From: Gaiellales bacterium
GTDB lineage: Bacteria > Actinomycetota > Thermoleophilia > Gaiellales > Gaiellaceae
Length of the DNA: 32,000 nt
Assembly: GCA_046330455.1 (NCBI GenBank)
Contig: JAXLSU010000002.1
Span: 297,837 to 329,836, forward strand
Reading direction: 5' to 3'
Under the pieces are notes generated by a model. It was not told the origin of the DNA. It ran no database searches and was given only the letters and a program-made list of their open reading frames with translations. Shown here in pieces: positions 1-9,151 of the stretch (position 1 is the first letter of the stretch; each line of letters opens with the position of its first letter). Both the position numbers and the translations under genes were made by a program.

Positions 1-900
1 GCCCATCGGGGTCGCAACGACCCAGCTCTCGGCGAAGGCGACGGGAAGCGAGGGGTCGGCCGGGCCCCGCTCGAAGTCGACGTGGTAGCCCTTGCCGCCC
101 TCGACGGGAAGGTAGATGCCGAGCGGGCGTGTCAGCACCGGTGTCCAGGCGCCGGCCGCGAGCACCACCGTTCCCGCCGTGAGCTCCCCGGCGGTCGTCT
201 GCACGCTCTCGATCCGCCCGTTCCGGCGCCGAAGCGCGAGCACCTCGACGCCCGTCCGGAGCCTCACTCCGGCCTCCGCCGCCGCTCCGGCGACCGCCTG
301 CACGAAGCGCAACGGGTCGCAGTGCGCCTCCTCCGGGTAGTAGACAGCGCCGACCGGATCGCCGCCGACGGCAGGCACGAGCTCGCGCAACCCCTCCCGG
401 TCGAGGACCTGCGGGCTCGCCGCGGGCTGCTCGGCTGCCTCCTTCCTCCCGGCCGCGAAGCCGGCCTCGGTAGAGAAGACGTTCAGCAGGCCCCGCCGCT
501 CGAACGTGGTCTCGAGCCCGGCCGTCGCGAGCTCCTCGTGGAGCACGAGCGAGCGCTCGGAGAGCTCGCGGATCACCCTCGCCGCGGCTCGTGACCGGGC
601 CGGCGTACACGCGGCCAGATACCGCGCGATCCACGGCAGGAGCTGGCGCCGTGGCCGCAGGTACAGGGGGCTGTCCGGCTTCGTCAGGAACGAGAGGCCG
701 GCGCGCAGGGCAGCCGGCGTGTTCAGGGGCTCCGAGTGGCTCGGGCAGATCAGTCCCGCATTCCCGGCCGAGCAGCCCCACGCGACCGAGGCACCCCGCT
801 CGAGCAGGGTCACGCTCGCCCCGCGCCGGGCGAGCTCGAGCGCCGTGCAGACGCCGACGGCTCCCCCGCCGACGACGACGGCGTCCAGGGCCTCGCTCAA
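1..900 (-). CDS. FAD-dependent oxidoreductase, DAO / D-amino-acid dehydrogenase-like (3' end runs off the window)
   Basis: Absent from the ORF track because it is open at the window edge. My minus-strand translation from TTG (900-898) reads LSEALDAVVVGGGAVGVCTALELARRGASVTLLERG..., a GxGxxG Rossmann N-terminus. It stays open and protein-like down to position 1. The TTG overlaps the racemase stop (TTGA). Confidence 0.8.
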   Translation of the reverse strand, partial: MSEALDAVVVGGGAVGVCTALELARRGASVTLLERGASVAWGCSAGNAGLICPSHSEPLNTPAALRAGLSFLTKPDSPLYLRPRRQLLPWIARYLAACTPARSRAAARVIRELSERSLVLHEELATAGLETTFERRGLLNVFSTEAGFAAGRKEAAEQPAASPQVLDREGLRELVPAVGGDPVGAVYYPEEAHCDPLRFVQAVAGAAAEAGVRLRTGVEVLALRRRNGRIESVQTTAGELTAGTVVLAAGAWTPVLTRPLGIYLPVEGGKGYHVDFERGPADPSLPVAFAESWVVATPMG

Positions 901-1628
901 CCCGGGACTCCGGTGCCCGGGTAGCTCACGTACTCCTTCGGCTCGGGCTCCCTGAAGGCGGCGACCCGGCTCGTGGCGAGCCCGTAGTCGACGATCCCCT
1001 CGAGGAGCTTCACCGCGCAGGCGACACCGTCGAGGACGGGAACCCCGACCTCCGCCTCGACCTGCTTGTCGAGCGGGCCCATGCCGGCGCAGCCGAGGCA
1101 GATCGCCTCCGCACCGTCCTGCGCCACGGCCTCGCGGGCGGCGAGGACGATCTCGCGGCACGCAGCGGTCGGATCGCGCTCGCAGTCGAGCACCGACAGG
1201 GGCGTCGTGCGGATCGAGGCGCAGCGGGCCTCGAGGCCGTGACGCCTCACCGTGTCCTCGAGCATCGGCTTCACGCGCGGTAGCACGGTCACGATCGAGA
1301 AACGGTGCGCGACGGTGCAGGCCACGAGCATCGCCGCCTCCGCGATCCCGACGACCGGGACGGGTGAGATCTCCCGCGCGGCCGCGAGCCCCGGGTCGCC
1401 GAAGCAGGCGATCACCACCCCGTCGAAGCCGTCCGCGCGCTCCCTGATCGTCTCGAGCGTCGCGACGGCGGCAAGCTCCTCCTCGTAGTGCCCCTCGATC
1501 GACCGCGGGCCCCAGGCCGGGGAGGTCACCTCGAGCTCCGTCCCCGGGCGCGCGTAGCGCCGGGCCTCCTCGCCGATGTCGCGCGTCATCTCCTCGCTCG
1601 TGTTCGGGTTGACGACGAGAATCCGCAT
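897..1628 (-). CDS. Asp/Glu/hydantoin racemase family protein
   Basis: 243-aa ORF starting MRILVVNPNTSEEMT, with VVIACFGDPGL and ICLGCAGM, the two Cys-containing motifs typical of this racemase family. GGAGGAGG Shine-Dalgarno lies just upstream. It sits in an operon with hydantoinase A/B. Confidence 0.85.
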   Translation of the reverse strand: MRILVVNPNTSEEMTRDIGEEARRYARPGTELEVTSPAWGPRSIEGHYEEELAAVATLETIRERADGFDGVVIACFGDPGLAAAREISPVPVVGIAEAAMLVACTVAHRFSIVTVLPRVKPMLEDTVRRHGLEARCASIRTTPLSVLDCERDPTAACREIVLAAREAVAQDGAEAICLGCAGMGPLDKQVEAEVGVPVLDGVACAVKLLEGIVDYGLATSRVAAFREPEPKEYVSYPGTGVPG

Positions 1629-1660
1629 CCGTACCTCCTCCGGAGCCGGAGCACCGGCGC

Positions 1661-3373
1661 CTACGTCCAGCCTGGATAGTCCTCTCGGGCCCGCTCCTCC
1701 GGCAGCAGCCCGTCGGCGACGTCGCGCCGGATCGCCTCCGGGTCGCGCTCCGCCGGGTCACCGTACCCGCCGCCCGACGGTGCGACGAGCCGCAGCACCT
1801 CACCGGCCTGGGCCTTCCGATAGGGGATCTTCGAGGGCAGCGCCAGCTCGCGCTCGGTGCCCGGGTCGAGGAGGATCTCGCCGGGCGCGCCGTCGTCACC
1901 TCCGAACAGGCCCGGCGGAGCCCACTTGTTGCCGTCGGCCTCGACCGAGAAGCCGCCCGGCTCGACGAACATGAACTCACGAACGGAGCCGATCCCGCCC
2001 CGCCAGCGGCCCGCGCCCCCGCCGTCCTCGCGCAGCTCGTAGCGCAGCACGCGCAGTGGGTAGTGCGACTCGATGTCCTCGATCGGGTTGTTGCGCGTGT
2101 TCGCGTACAGCGTGTCGACGGCGTCGAGCCCGTCCTTGCCGGAGCGCCCGCCGTAGCTCCCCTCGCAGATCTCCATGTGGACCCAGTGCTCGCCGTCGCG
2201 AAGCCCCGAGAACGAGACGACCTTGAGGTTGCCGATCCCGGCGCTGACCCGATCGGGACACACGGGCGCGAGCGCTCGCATCACCGTGCCCGAGAGGATG
2301 TTGCCGGTGCCGAAGCGCGCGATCACCGGGGCCGGGAAGACCGGGTTCGCGAGACACCCCTCGGGTGCGCTGATCGTGATCGGGCGGAACAACCCGGCGT
2401 TGATCGGGACCGGGTCGCGAACGGCCGAGTCGAGCAGGATCGACCGAAGCGTCAGGTACACGGCGACGTCGGTCGTGCCCTCGAACGGCATGTTGATCGG
2501 GAGGTCGACCTGCGACGACGTTCCGGCGAGATCGACGTGGATCGCGGAGCCGGCGATCGTGATCGCGACGCTGATCACCTGGTCGCGGTACGCCGGGTCG
2601 GGATGGTCGAGGTAGCCGTCGATGCGGCCCTCGGCCTCGTACGTGCCGTCCGGGAGCCCCTCGATCTCCCGCCGGAGCAGCCGCTCCGCGTAGTCCATGA
2701 GATCGGCGCACGCGGCCTCGACCGTCTCGATCCCGTAGCGCTCGACCAGCTCGAGATAGCGCTCGGCCCCGATCCGTGCCGCGGCGATCTGGGCCTCCAT
2801 GTCGCCGACGACGAGCTTCGCTGCCCGGATGTTGTCGCGGAGCAGCCTCCAGACCCACTCGTTGCGACGCCCCTCCTCCTCGATCTTGATGCCGTTGAAC
2901 ATCAGCCCTTCGGCGTAGGCATCGGTCGCGTCGACGATCCCGCAGGTGCCGGGCGTCAGCGCACCGAGGTCGAGGTGGTGGGCGGTCGTGGCCGAGAAGC
3001 CGACGAGGTCGCCGCGGTGGAAGACGGGAACGACGAACGCGACATCTGGCCCGTGGGAGGCTCCGTAGTAGGGGTGATTGTGGATGACGACGTCACCCGG
3101 CTTCCACTCCTCGCCGAGCTCCGCGAACCGCCGGTTCACCCCCCGGATGTACCCGGGGATCGGCCCCGACTGCAGCGGGGTCGACTGCTCCGACTCGCAG
3201 AGCTGGCGGCTCTCCGCGTCGCAGAGCACGCACCCGAAGTCCTCGGACTCGCGGATGATCGACGAGTACGACATCCGGGCGAGCTTATGGCCCATCTCGA
3301 GCGCGATCGCGTCCAGGGCGCCGCCGATCACACTGCTCGTCACGGGGTCGATCCTCGTGGCCGGAACGCTCAT
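1661..3373 (-). CDS. hyuB: Hydantoinase B / oxoprolinase family protein
   Basis: The track ORF runs 1661..3418. I prefer the ATG at 3373 (MSVPATRIDPVTSSVIGGALDAIALEMG...) because it forms an ATGA overlap with the hyuA stop at 3370-3372. Family-typical sequence is present throughout. Confidence 0.85.
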   Translation of the reverse strand: MSVPATRIDPVTSSVIGGALDAIALEMGHKLARMSYSSIIRESEDFGCVLCDAESRQLCESEQSTPLQSGPIPGYIRGVNRRFAELGEEWKPGDVVIHNHPYYGASHGPDVAFVVPVFHRGDLVGFSATTAHHLDLGALTPGTCGIVDATDAYAEGLMFNGIKIEEEGRRNEWVWRLLRDNIRAAKLVVGDMEAQIAAARIGAERYLELVERYGIETVEAACADLMDYAERLLRREIEGLPDGTYEAEGRIDGYLDHPDPAYRDQVISVAITIAGSAIHVDLAGTSSQVDLPINMPFEGTTDVAVYLTLRSILLDSAVRDPVPINAGLFRPITISAPEGCLANPVFPAPVIARFGTGNILSGTVMRALAPVCPDRVSAGIGNLKVVSFSGLRDGEHWVHMEICEGSYGGRSGKDGLDAVDTLYANTRNNPIEDIESHYPLRVLRYELREDGGGAGRWRGGIGSVREFMFVEPGGFSVEADGNKWAPPGLFGGDDGAPGEILLDPGTERELALPSKIPYRKAQAGEVLRLVAPSGGGYGDPAERDPEAIRRDVADGLLPEERAREDYPGWT

Positions 3374-5418
3374 CGCGACACCACGAGGACGCCCGACTCG
3401 TGCGCCGACGCCGTCCAACCGGGAGGAACGAGGATCGTCGTGTCGCGCTGGAAGATCACCGCCGGGCCGGGGAACGGCCCGCCGACCGGGAGCGTCGCAC
3501 GCGCGAGGAACCGGGTCGGGAGCGACGCGAGAGCGCCGTTGCGCCGGTAGACGCTCTCACCCTCGCCGAGCGTCGCCTCGACGAGCGTGCCGGACGTGAC
3601 CGCCACCCTCCCCACCTTCGGCCGCGCCCCGAGCGCGGTCACCCGCGCGTTCACGATCTCGATCGGGTCGCGGAACGCGTGACCGTACTCCTGCTCGTGC
3701 AGCCGGTGGAACTGCTCGAGCGAGCGGTCGTCGAACGTCCCGGCCGGCAGCACGACGCGGAGCTCGTACCCCTGCCCCACGTATCGGCAGTCGAGGGCGG
3801 CCTCCACCGTGATGTCTCCGTCGGGCACGCCGTCGGCACGCATCCGTGCCCGCACCTCCTCGGCGAGCGCGGCGAGGTCGCGGTTGAGCCGCCCGGCGTC
3901 GATCGCGCCCTCGACCATGAACACGGTCCGCATCTGGTCGTACCGCAGGTCGCTCGTCAGGAGCCCGGTGGCCGAGGTGATCCCGGGGTGGGGCGGGACG
4001 AGCACCTCCGGGATCCCGAGCGAGTCGGCGACCTCGCAGGCGTGCAACGGGCCCGCGCCGCCGAATGCAACGAGCGCGAAGTCGCGCGGATCGTGGCCCT
4101 TCTGGATCGTTCGCGAGCGGATCGCGCGGGCCATACCGGCGTTCGCGATCGTGACGATCCCCTCGGCGGTCTCGAGCAGCCCGAGGCCGAGCCCGGCGGC
4201 GAGGCGCCCGACGGCGTCCTCCGCGAGCGAACGGTCGAGGGTCATCTCCCCGCCGAGGAAGCGATCGGGATCGATCCGCCCGAGCACGACGTTCGCGTCG
4301 GTGATCGTCGGCTCCGCGCCGCCGAGCCGGTAACAGGCCGGGCCCGGGTCGGCGCCGGCCGAGCGCGGGCCGACCCGGAAGGCGCCGCCCTCGTCGGCGT
4401 ACGCGATCGAGCCTCCGCCGGCTCCGATCGTGTGGATGTCGATCATGGGCACGAGCAGCGGATACCCCGCGACCTCGGTGTCGCGCGCCGACGCCTCGCT
4501 GATCCCGTGCTCCGTCACGATGCCGATGTCGGCCGAGGTGCCGCCCATGTCGAAGGTGATGAGACGGCTGCGACCGCACAGCTCGCCGGTCCAGAGACCG
4601 CCAAGCACGCCCGCCGCGGGGCCGGAGAGGAGCAGCGTCACCGGCCGCTCGGCCGCGGTCGCGACGCTCGCGACGCCGCCGTTCGACATCATCACGTGGA
4701 GCTCGCCGGGGACTCCCTCGCTCGCGAGCGCCCCGGACAGCCGCTCGAGGTACCGCCCGGTCTTCGGGCCGACGAACGCGTTCATGCAGGCGGTCGTGAA
4801 CCGCTCGAACTCCCGGAACTGCGGAAAGATGTCCGCAGAGGACGTCACGAAGGCTCCGGGCAGCTCTTCGCGGACGAGCTCGACCGCCCGCCGCTCGTGC
4901 TCGGGGTTCAGGTACGAGAACAGGAAGCAGACGGCGACGGCCTCGACGTCCGCCTCCCCCAGCTCGCGTGCCGCACGCCGGACGCCGTCCTCGTCGAGGG
5001 CCTGGATCACCTCGCCGGCCGGCGGCACGATCCGCTCGGAGACGACCTTTCGGTGCTCGCGACGCACGAACGGCCGGGCCTGCCACGGGATGTCCTGCAT
5101 GATCGAGTAGTGCTGGGGCCGCTGATGGCGCCCGATGTGGACGACGTCCCGGAACCCCTCGGTCGTGACGAGGCCGCACCGGGCGCCGCGGTGCTCGAGG
5201 ACGGCGTTCGTGGCGACGGTCGTCCCGTGGTAGACCGCGGCGACCTGGTCGGGCGAGAGCCCGCCCTGGGCACACAGCTCGACGAGCCCCGAGACGAGCG
5301 CCCTGCCGGGATCGTCGGGAGTCGAGCGCACCTTGTGCACACGAACGTCCTGTGACTCCGTGTCGTAGAGCATGAAGTCGGTGAAGGTACCGCCGATGTC
5401 GACTCCGACGACGCGCAT
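3370..5418 (-). CDS. hyuA: Hydantoinase A / N-methylhydantoinase A / oxoprolinase family protein
   Basis: 682-aa ORF with MRVVGVDIGGTFTDFMLYD (ASKHA-fold N-terminus of the Hydantoinase_A family) and DMGGTSADIG. It is translationally coupled to hyuB. Confidence 0.9.
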   Translation of the reverse strand: MRVVGVDIGGTFTDFMLYDTESQDVRVHKVRSTPDDPGRALVSGLVELCAQGGLSPDQVAAVYHGTTVATNAVLEHRGARCGLVTTEGFRDVVHIGRHQRPQHYSIMQDIPWQARPFVRREHRKVVSERIVPPAGEVIQALDEDGVRRAARELGEADVEAVAVCFLFSYLNPEHERRAVELVREELPGAFVTSSADIFPQFREFERFTTACMNAFVGPKTGRYLERLSGALASEGVPGELHVMMSNGGVASVATAAERPVTLLLSGPAAGVLGGLWTGELCGRSRLITFDMGGTSADIGIVTEHGISEASARDTEVAGYPLLVPMIDIHTIGAGGGSIAYADEGGAFRVGPRSAGADPGPACYRLGGAEPTITDANVVLGRIDPDRFLGGEMTLDRSLAEDAVGRLAAGLGLGLLETAEGIVTIANAGMARAIRSRTIQKGHDPRDFALVAFGGAGPLHACEVADSLGIPEVLVPPHPGITSATGLLTSDLRYDQMRTVFMVEGAIDAGRLNRDLAALAEEVRARMRADGVPDGDITVEAALDCRYVGQGYELRVVLPAGTFDDRSLEQFHRLHEQEYGHAFRDPIEIVNARVTALGARPKVGRVAVTSGTLVEATLGEGESVYRRNGALASLPTRFLARATLPVGGPFPGPAVIFQRDTTILVPPGWTASAHESGVLVVSR

Positions 5419-5574
5419 TACCCGCTCCTCGCGACCGGCCGTTCCATCCGGGGTGAGCGTAGATGGTCCGGGCCCGGCCCGGGTCGAGGCCGACGTCCGA
5501 AGCAGTCGCCGGGCTAATCGACTTTTGTGAGTGAAGCGACTTCAGATTGGATAGTTTCGAGCTACACTCGGGTC

Positions 5575-6816
5575 ATGACCGAGTCCATCCTCGAGCCCGC
5601 GCTCCGCGAGACGCGACCCGCGGCGCCCCGCTCCCTCCACCACGAGGTCGTGATCGTCGGCGGCGGCACGGCCGGCCTCACGGTCGCTGCGCGCCTGGCG
5701 CGGGGCCGGAACGGCATCGACGCCGCCGTGATCGAGCCGTCGACCGTCCACTACTACCAGCCGCTGTGGACGCTCGTTGGCGGAGGCGTCGGGACGCTCG
5801 CCGGGACGGCCCGTCCCGAGGCCGCGCTCGTTCCCGACGGCGTCACGTGGATCCGCGACGCGGTCGAGAGCTTCGACCCCTCCGAGAACCGCGTCGTCAC
5901 CGCGGACGGGACCGAGGTGCGCTACGAGTTGCTCGTCGTCGCACCCGGGATCGAGCTCGACTGGGATCGCGTGCCCGGCCTCCGCAGCGCCCTCGAGACG
6001 CCCCAGGTCTCGAGCAACTGGAGCGAAGGCCACGTCGAGAAGACGTGGCGCCTGATCCGCGAGCTGCGTGGCGGAACCGCCCTCTTCACCTTCCCATCGA
6101 CACCCGTCAAGTGCCCGGGCGCGGCACAGAAGATCGCCTACCTCGCCGACGACCACTGGCGGCGCAGCGGCGTCCGCGACGCGGTCCGGCTCGTCTATGC
6201 GGCCGCGAGCCCGCGCATCTTCGGCGTCGAGAAGTACGCCCGCACGCTCGAGCACGTGGTCGAGCGCAAGGGGATCGAGGCGAGCTACCGCCTCGATCTC
6301 GTCGAGGTGCTCCCGGACGAGCGCGAGGCCGTGCTCTCACACCTCGACACCGGGGAGGAGACGAGGATCCGCTACGACCTGCTCCACGTCACCCCCCACC
6401 AGCGCGCCCCGCGGGTCGTGCGTGAGAGCGCGCTCGCCGACGGGGCAGGCTGGGTCGAGGTCGATCGCCACACGCTCCAGCACGTGCGGTACCCGAACGT
6501 GTTCTCGCTCGGCGATGCGAGCAGCGCACCGACCTCGAAGACCGGCGCGGCGGTGCGCGCGCAGGCGCCCGTCGTCGTCCAGAACCTGCTGGCGGCCCGG
6601 CGCGGGCTCCCGCTCCCGGGGCGATACGACGGGTACACCGCCTGCCCGCTCGTCACCGGCTACGGGAAGCTCGTGCTCGCGGAGTTCGACTACGACCTCC
6701 GGCCCCGCGAGACCTTCCCCTTCGACCAGTCGAAGGAGCGCTGGAGCATGTACCAGCTCAAGCGCCACGGGCTGCCGCTCCTCTACTGGAACGGCATGCT
6801 CAGGGGTCGCGCGTGA
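5575..6816 (+). CDS. sqr: Type II (SQRDL-like) sulfide:quinone oxidoreductase
   Basis: [17 protein letters not shown] motif, [22 protein letters not shown], and [22 protein letters not shown]...[13 protein letters not shown]...LYWNGMLRG. As I recall, these closely resemble the motifs of mitochondrial SQRDL/SQOR. I prefer the ATG at 5575 (track ORF starts at the GTG at 5527). A TACACT -10-like hexamer ends 6 nt before this ATG. Confidence 0.85.
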   Translation: MTESILEPALRETRPAAPRSLHHEVVIVGGGTAGLTVAARLARGRNGIDAAVIEPSTVHYYQPLWTLVGGGVGTLAGTARPEAALVPDGVTWIRDAVESFDPSENRVVTADGTEVRYELLVVAPGIELDWDRVPGLRSALETPQVSSNWSEGHVEKTWRLIRELRGGTALFTFPSTPVKCPGAAQKIAYLADDHWRRSGVRDAVRLVYAAASPRIFGVEKYARTLEHVVERKGIEASYRLDLVEVLPDEREAVLSHLDTGEETRIRYDLLHVTPHQRAPRVVRESALADGAGWVEVDRHTLQHVRYPNVFSLGDASSAPTSKTGAAVRAQAPVVVQNLLAARRGLPLPGRYDGYTACPLVTGYGKLVLAEFDYDLRPRETFPFDQSKERWSMYQLKRHGLPLLYWNGMLRGRA

Positions 6817-7204
6817 GCGCCGCCGCCCGCCGCGCCTCCTGCTCGTACGGGTTGCGCTCGTAGCCAGTCCGCAGGTAGGACAGCGGCATCCGGATCGGGT
6901 GGTGCTGGAGCTGCCAGACGTGGCACAGCTCATGCGTGATCAGGTCGTCGCCGGTCTCACCGACCGGGCGCCGTAGCAGGATCGTCCCGTGGAGCGCGTA
7001 GCCCTGAAACCGCCGCAGCCAGGGGAGCCGGAACAGCCACGGGAGGGTGACGATTCGCACGCGACGGGTTCGTACGGGTCGCGGGTAGAGGTCGAGGCGG
7101 TCGAGGCGGGCTCCGGCGCGATCGAGCGCCTCCCGCGCCTCGGGAGTCACGGCGTCCCGATCTCGCTGCCCGTGGCGGCCGGCCCTCCCGCCCGGAGCAC
7201 GCAC
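6800..7204 (-). CDS. Small HExxH-motif protein (DUF4157-like putative Zn-metallopeptidase domain)
   Basis: 134-aa ORF with [36 protein letters not shown], resembling the DUF4157 HExxHxxQ signature. The N-terminal 40 aa are Arg-rich, so the true start is uncertain. Its 3' end overlaps the sqr 3' end by 17 nt (convergent). Confidence 0.5.
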   Translation of the reverse strand: MRAPGGRAGRHGQRDRDAVTPEAREALDRAGARLDRLDLYPRPVRTRRVRIVTLPWLFRLPWLRRFQGYALHGTILLRRPVGETGDDLITHELCHVWQLQHHPIRMPLSYLRTGYERNPYEQEARRAAALTRDP

Positions 7205-7295
7205 TCGCTCGCTGCGGACACGGGCCGTTCCTCACCCGCCATGGCCGACGAGTGTAGCTCCGCTCCCGAACGCGGCTTCTCCCCGCGCCGGGGAC

Positions 7296-8402
7296 TCAGA
7301 TCCGGCGGGCGCCGAGGAAGTTCCCGGCGTAGTGCGAGCCCGGCGACATGTCGGAGACCTTCACGACGTCGCCGGTGTGGGGGGCGTGCACCATCTGCCC
7401 GCCGCCGATGTAGATGCCCATGTGGCCGCCGCCGTAGAAGAAGACGAGATCCCCCGGCGCGAGCTGGCTGTACGAGATGGGAACGCCCATCTGCCACAGC
7501 GCGCCGGTGTAGTGCGGCAGGCCCGACCGGCCGACCTGGGCGTAGGCCCAGACGACGAGGCCCGAGCAGTCGAAGCCCGACGGCGAGGCGCCGCCCCAGA
7601 CGTAGGGGACGCCGAGCATGCTCATCGCTGCTCCAACGACACCGCCGCCGTACGCGCTCGGCGGAGCGGAGCCGATGCCCTCGGGGCTCGAGATCCCGGC
7701 CGGCACGTCGACGACGTTCTCGGTCGCGCGCGTCTCTGCCAGACGCCGCTCGGCCTCCTCCTGGAGCTGCCGCTGCCGCGCGGCCTCCTCGGCCTCGAGC
7801 TGGCCGATCTGGTCCTGGATCGTGGCGAGGAGCGCCTCGCGCTCGCCGAGCTGGGCATCGATCGAGTCGCGTGCGGCTGCTCGCTCGGCGACGAGCTGGC
7901 TCTGCTCCCGCTCGGCCTTCTCGAGCTTGCGTTCCCGCTCGGCGATCTCCTTGCGAGCGGCGGTGATCTCGCCGACGATGCGCACGTCCTGCTCGGAGAT
8001 GCGCTCGGCCGAGTCGAGCCGGTCGAGGAGCTCGTCGAGGGTCGCCGCCCCGAGCAGGATCTCGAGCGTCGACTGCTCCCCGTTCGTGTAGAGGGCGACC
8101 AGGCGGTCCTGGAGGTTGCGGTCTGCCCGCCGGAACGCCTGCTTGGCGATCTCGAGGCGATGCTGGTTCGTCTCGATCTCGGCACGGATCTCGTCGAGGT
8201 GCCAGCTGGCGCCGTTGTAGGCCTCGACCGCCTCCTCGAGACGGACGTCCATCGCGTGGACCTCGGCCATGACGCGCTCGGCCTCGGCGCGCTTCTCGCG
8301 GATCTCGGCGGGCGTGCCCAGGGCCGAGGTCGTACCGGCCAGCGCCGCGATCCCGCCGACGAGCGCGAGCGCAGCCGCTCGCCTGATGAAGCTTCGCGTC
8401 AT
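7296..8402 (-). CDS. Secreted NlpC/P60 (C40) peptidoglycan endopeptidase with N-terminal coiled coil (RipA-like architecture)
   Basis: Signal peptide MTRSFIRRAAALALVGGIAALAGTTSALG, then a long Glu/Arg/Ala/Leu heptad-like region. The C-terminus reads VPYVWGGASPSGFDCSGLVVWAY...GDLVFF...HMGIYIGGGQMVHAP, giving the NlpC/P60 Cys-His catalytic motifs. Confidence 0.9.
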   Translation of the reverse strand: MTRSFIRRAAALALVGGIAALAGTTSALGTPAEIREKRAEAERVMAEVHAMDVRLEEAVEAYNGASWHLDEIRAEIETNQHRLEIAKQAFRRADRNLQDRLVALYTNGEQSTLEILLGAATLDELLDRLDSAERISEQDVRIVGEITAARKEIAERERKLEKAEREQSQLVAERAAARDSIDAQLGEREALLATIQDQIGQLEAEEAARQRQLQEEAERRLAETRATENVVDVPAGISSPEGIGSAPPSAYGGGVVGAAMSMLGVPYVWGGASPSGFDCSGLVVWAYAQVGRSGLPHYTGALWQMGVPISYSQLAPGDLVFFYGGGHMGIYIGGGQMVHAPHTGDVVKVSDMSPGSHYAGNFLGARRI

Positions 8403-8700
8403 GTTCCCCAGATTCCCCGCAGATCGCAGCGCCGATTCAGCCGGTGCGATCGGGGCAAAATATCAATGCCGAAGGACGGATGCAAATCAGAACTGTCATT
8501 CGGCACGCAATCATGACGTCCTTGTGCGGATGGAAACCCTCTGTGGATACCCGGCCCGCAATATTCATCACATGTTTGTGCGTATCGTCACTCGCCCCGT
8601 GATGAGCGGGCTGGTCTCGCCTGCCACAGGGCGCGGCCGGGGCGCCCAGCAGACGTCCGTGCCCTTGCATCGGACGGCCCGGGAGGTCAACATTGCTTAA
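8403..8700 (-). promoter_or_regulatory. Long structured, lower-GC 5' leader of the NlpC/P60 gene (candidate cis-regulatory RNA; class unresolved)
   Basis: The 367-bp intergenic region is visibly less GC-rich than its flanks. On the minus strand, CCCCGAUCGCA...UGCGAUCUGCGGGG (plus coordinates 8415-8455) pairs the GGGGAA Shine-Dalgarno-like run about 10 nt upstream of the ATG. A 7-bp stem UGCCGAA/UUCGGCA encloses 25 nt (8467-8505). Confidence 0.3.
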
Positions 8701-8769
8701 CACGTCCTTCGCAAAGCTTCCAGGGCGCGCAACCAGCCCGACCACATCCCACCGGTATAACGAAGCCTC

Positions 8770-9138
8770 ATGACCGACGAGACACAGACGACGCTCTCCG
8801 CCACGCTACGAGCGCGCCTTTACTGGCTCTGCCGCAGCGAGGGGTTCAGGGTCGACTCGCCCGACGGGCGCTTCGGCCTGGTCGAGGCCGTCATGTTCCG
8901 CCTCCGCCCCGACGAGCCCGACGCGCTGATCGTCCGTGCCGGGGTGCTCGGACGCCGCCTCGTGATCGTGCCGATCGAGGACGTCGAGGACGTGGTCCCG
9001 CGGCGCCAGCGGATCGTGCTGCGCACCGTGCCCGAGACCTCGAACGACTTCGTCAGCGAGGTTCGCGGCCGGCTGCGCCGGCTTGCCGCCGAGCAGACGG
9101 CACGCGGCCTTCGCCCGGTGCCCGCCGGCGACCACTGA
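8770..9138 (+). CDS. PRC-barrel domain protein
   Basis: 122-aa ORF with GFRVDSPDGRFGLVEAVMF...ALIVRAGVLGRRLVIVPIEDVEDV, matching the PRC-barrel pattern G..V.d..G..lG.V.dv...lvv......vPi..v. Confidence 0.65.
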   Translation: MTDETQTTLSATLRARLYWLCRSEGFRVDSPDGRFGLVEAVMFRLRPDEPDALIVRAGVLGRRLVIVPIEDVEDVVPRRQRIVLRTVPETSNDFVSEVRGRLRRLAAEQTARGLRPVPAGDH

Positions 9139-9151
9139 CGCGCCCGCGTCC

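Noticed and set aside
3400-5355. Very long antisense or off-frame ORFs (for example 3400..5355 plus at 651 aa, 3557..5275 minus at 572 aa, 10749..12500 plus at 583 aa, 24728..26644 minus at 638 aa, 23746..24546 minus).
   Set aside because: They lie entirely within strongly supported genes on the other strand or frame and have extreme Arg/Pro/Gly/Asp composition. This is the classic high-GC shadow-ORF artefact.
8403-8700. Calling the NlpC/P60 leader a canonical ydaO (c-di-AMP) riboswitch.
   Set aside because: Only fragments reminiscent of the consensus are present (ACGGGG, CUGAAUC, CCGAAU.ACAG). They are not in the canonical order or spacing as far as I can recall the consensus. It is kept only as an unclassified structured-leader hypothesis that needs cmscan.
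9137-9150. The GACGCGCCCGCGTC hairpin between the convergent PRC-barrel and algH genes as a bidirectional terminator.
   Set aside because: It has only a 5-bp stem with a 4-nt loop and no flanking T/A tracts. That is too weak to call from sequence alone.
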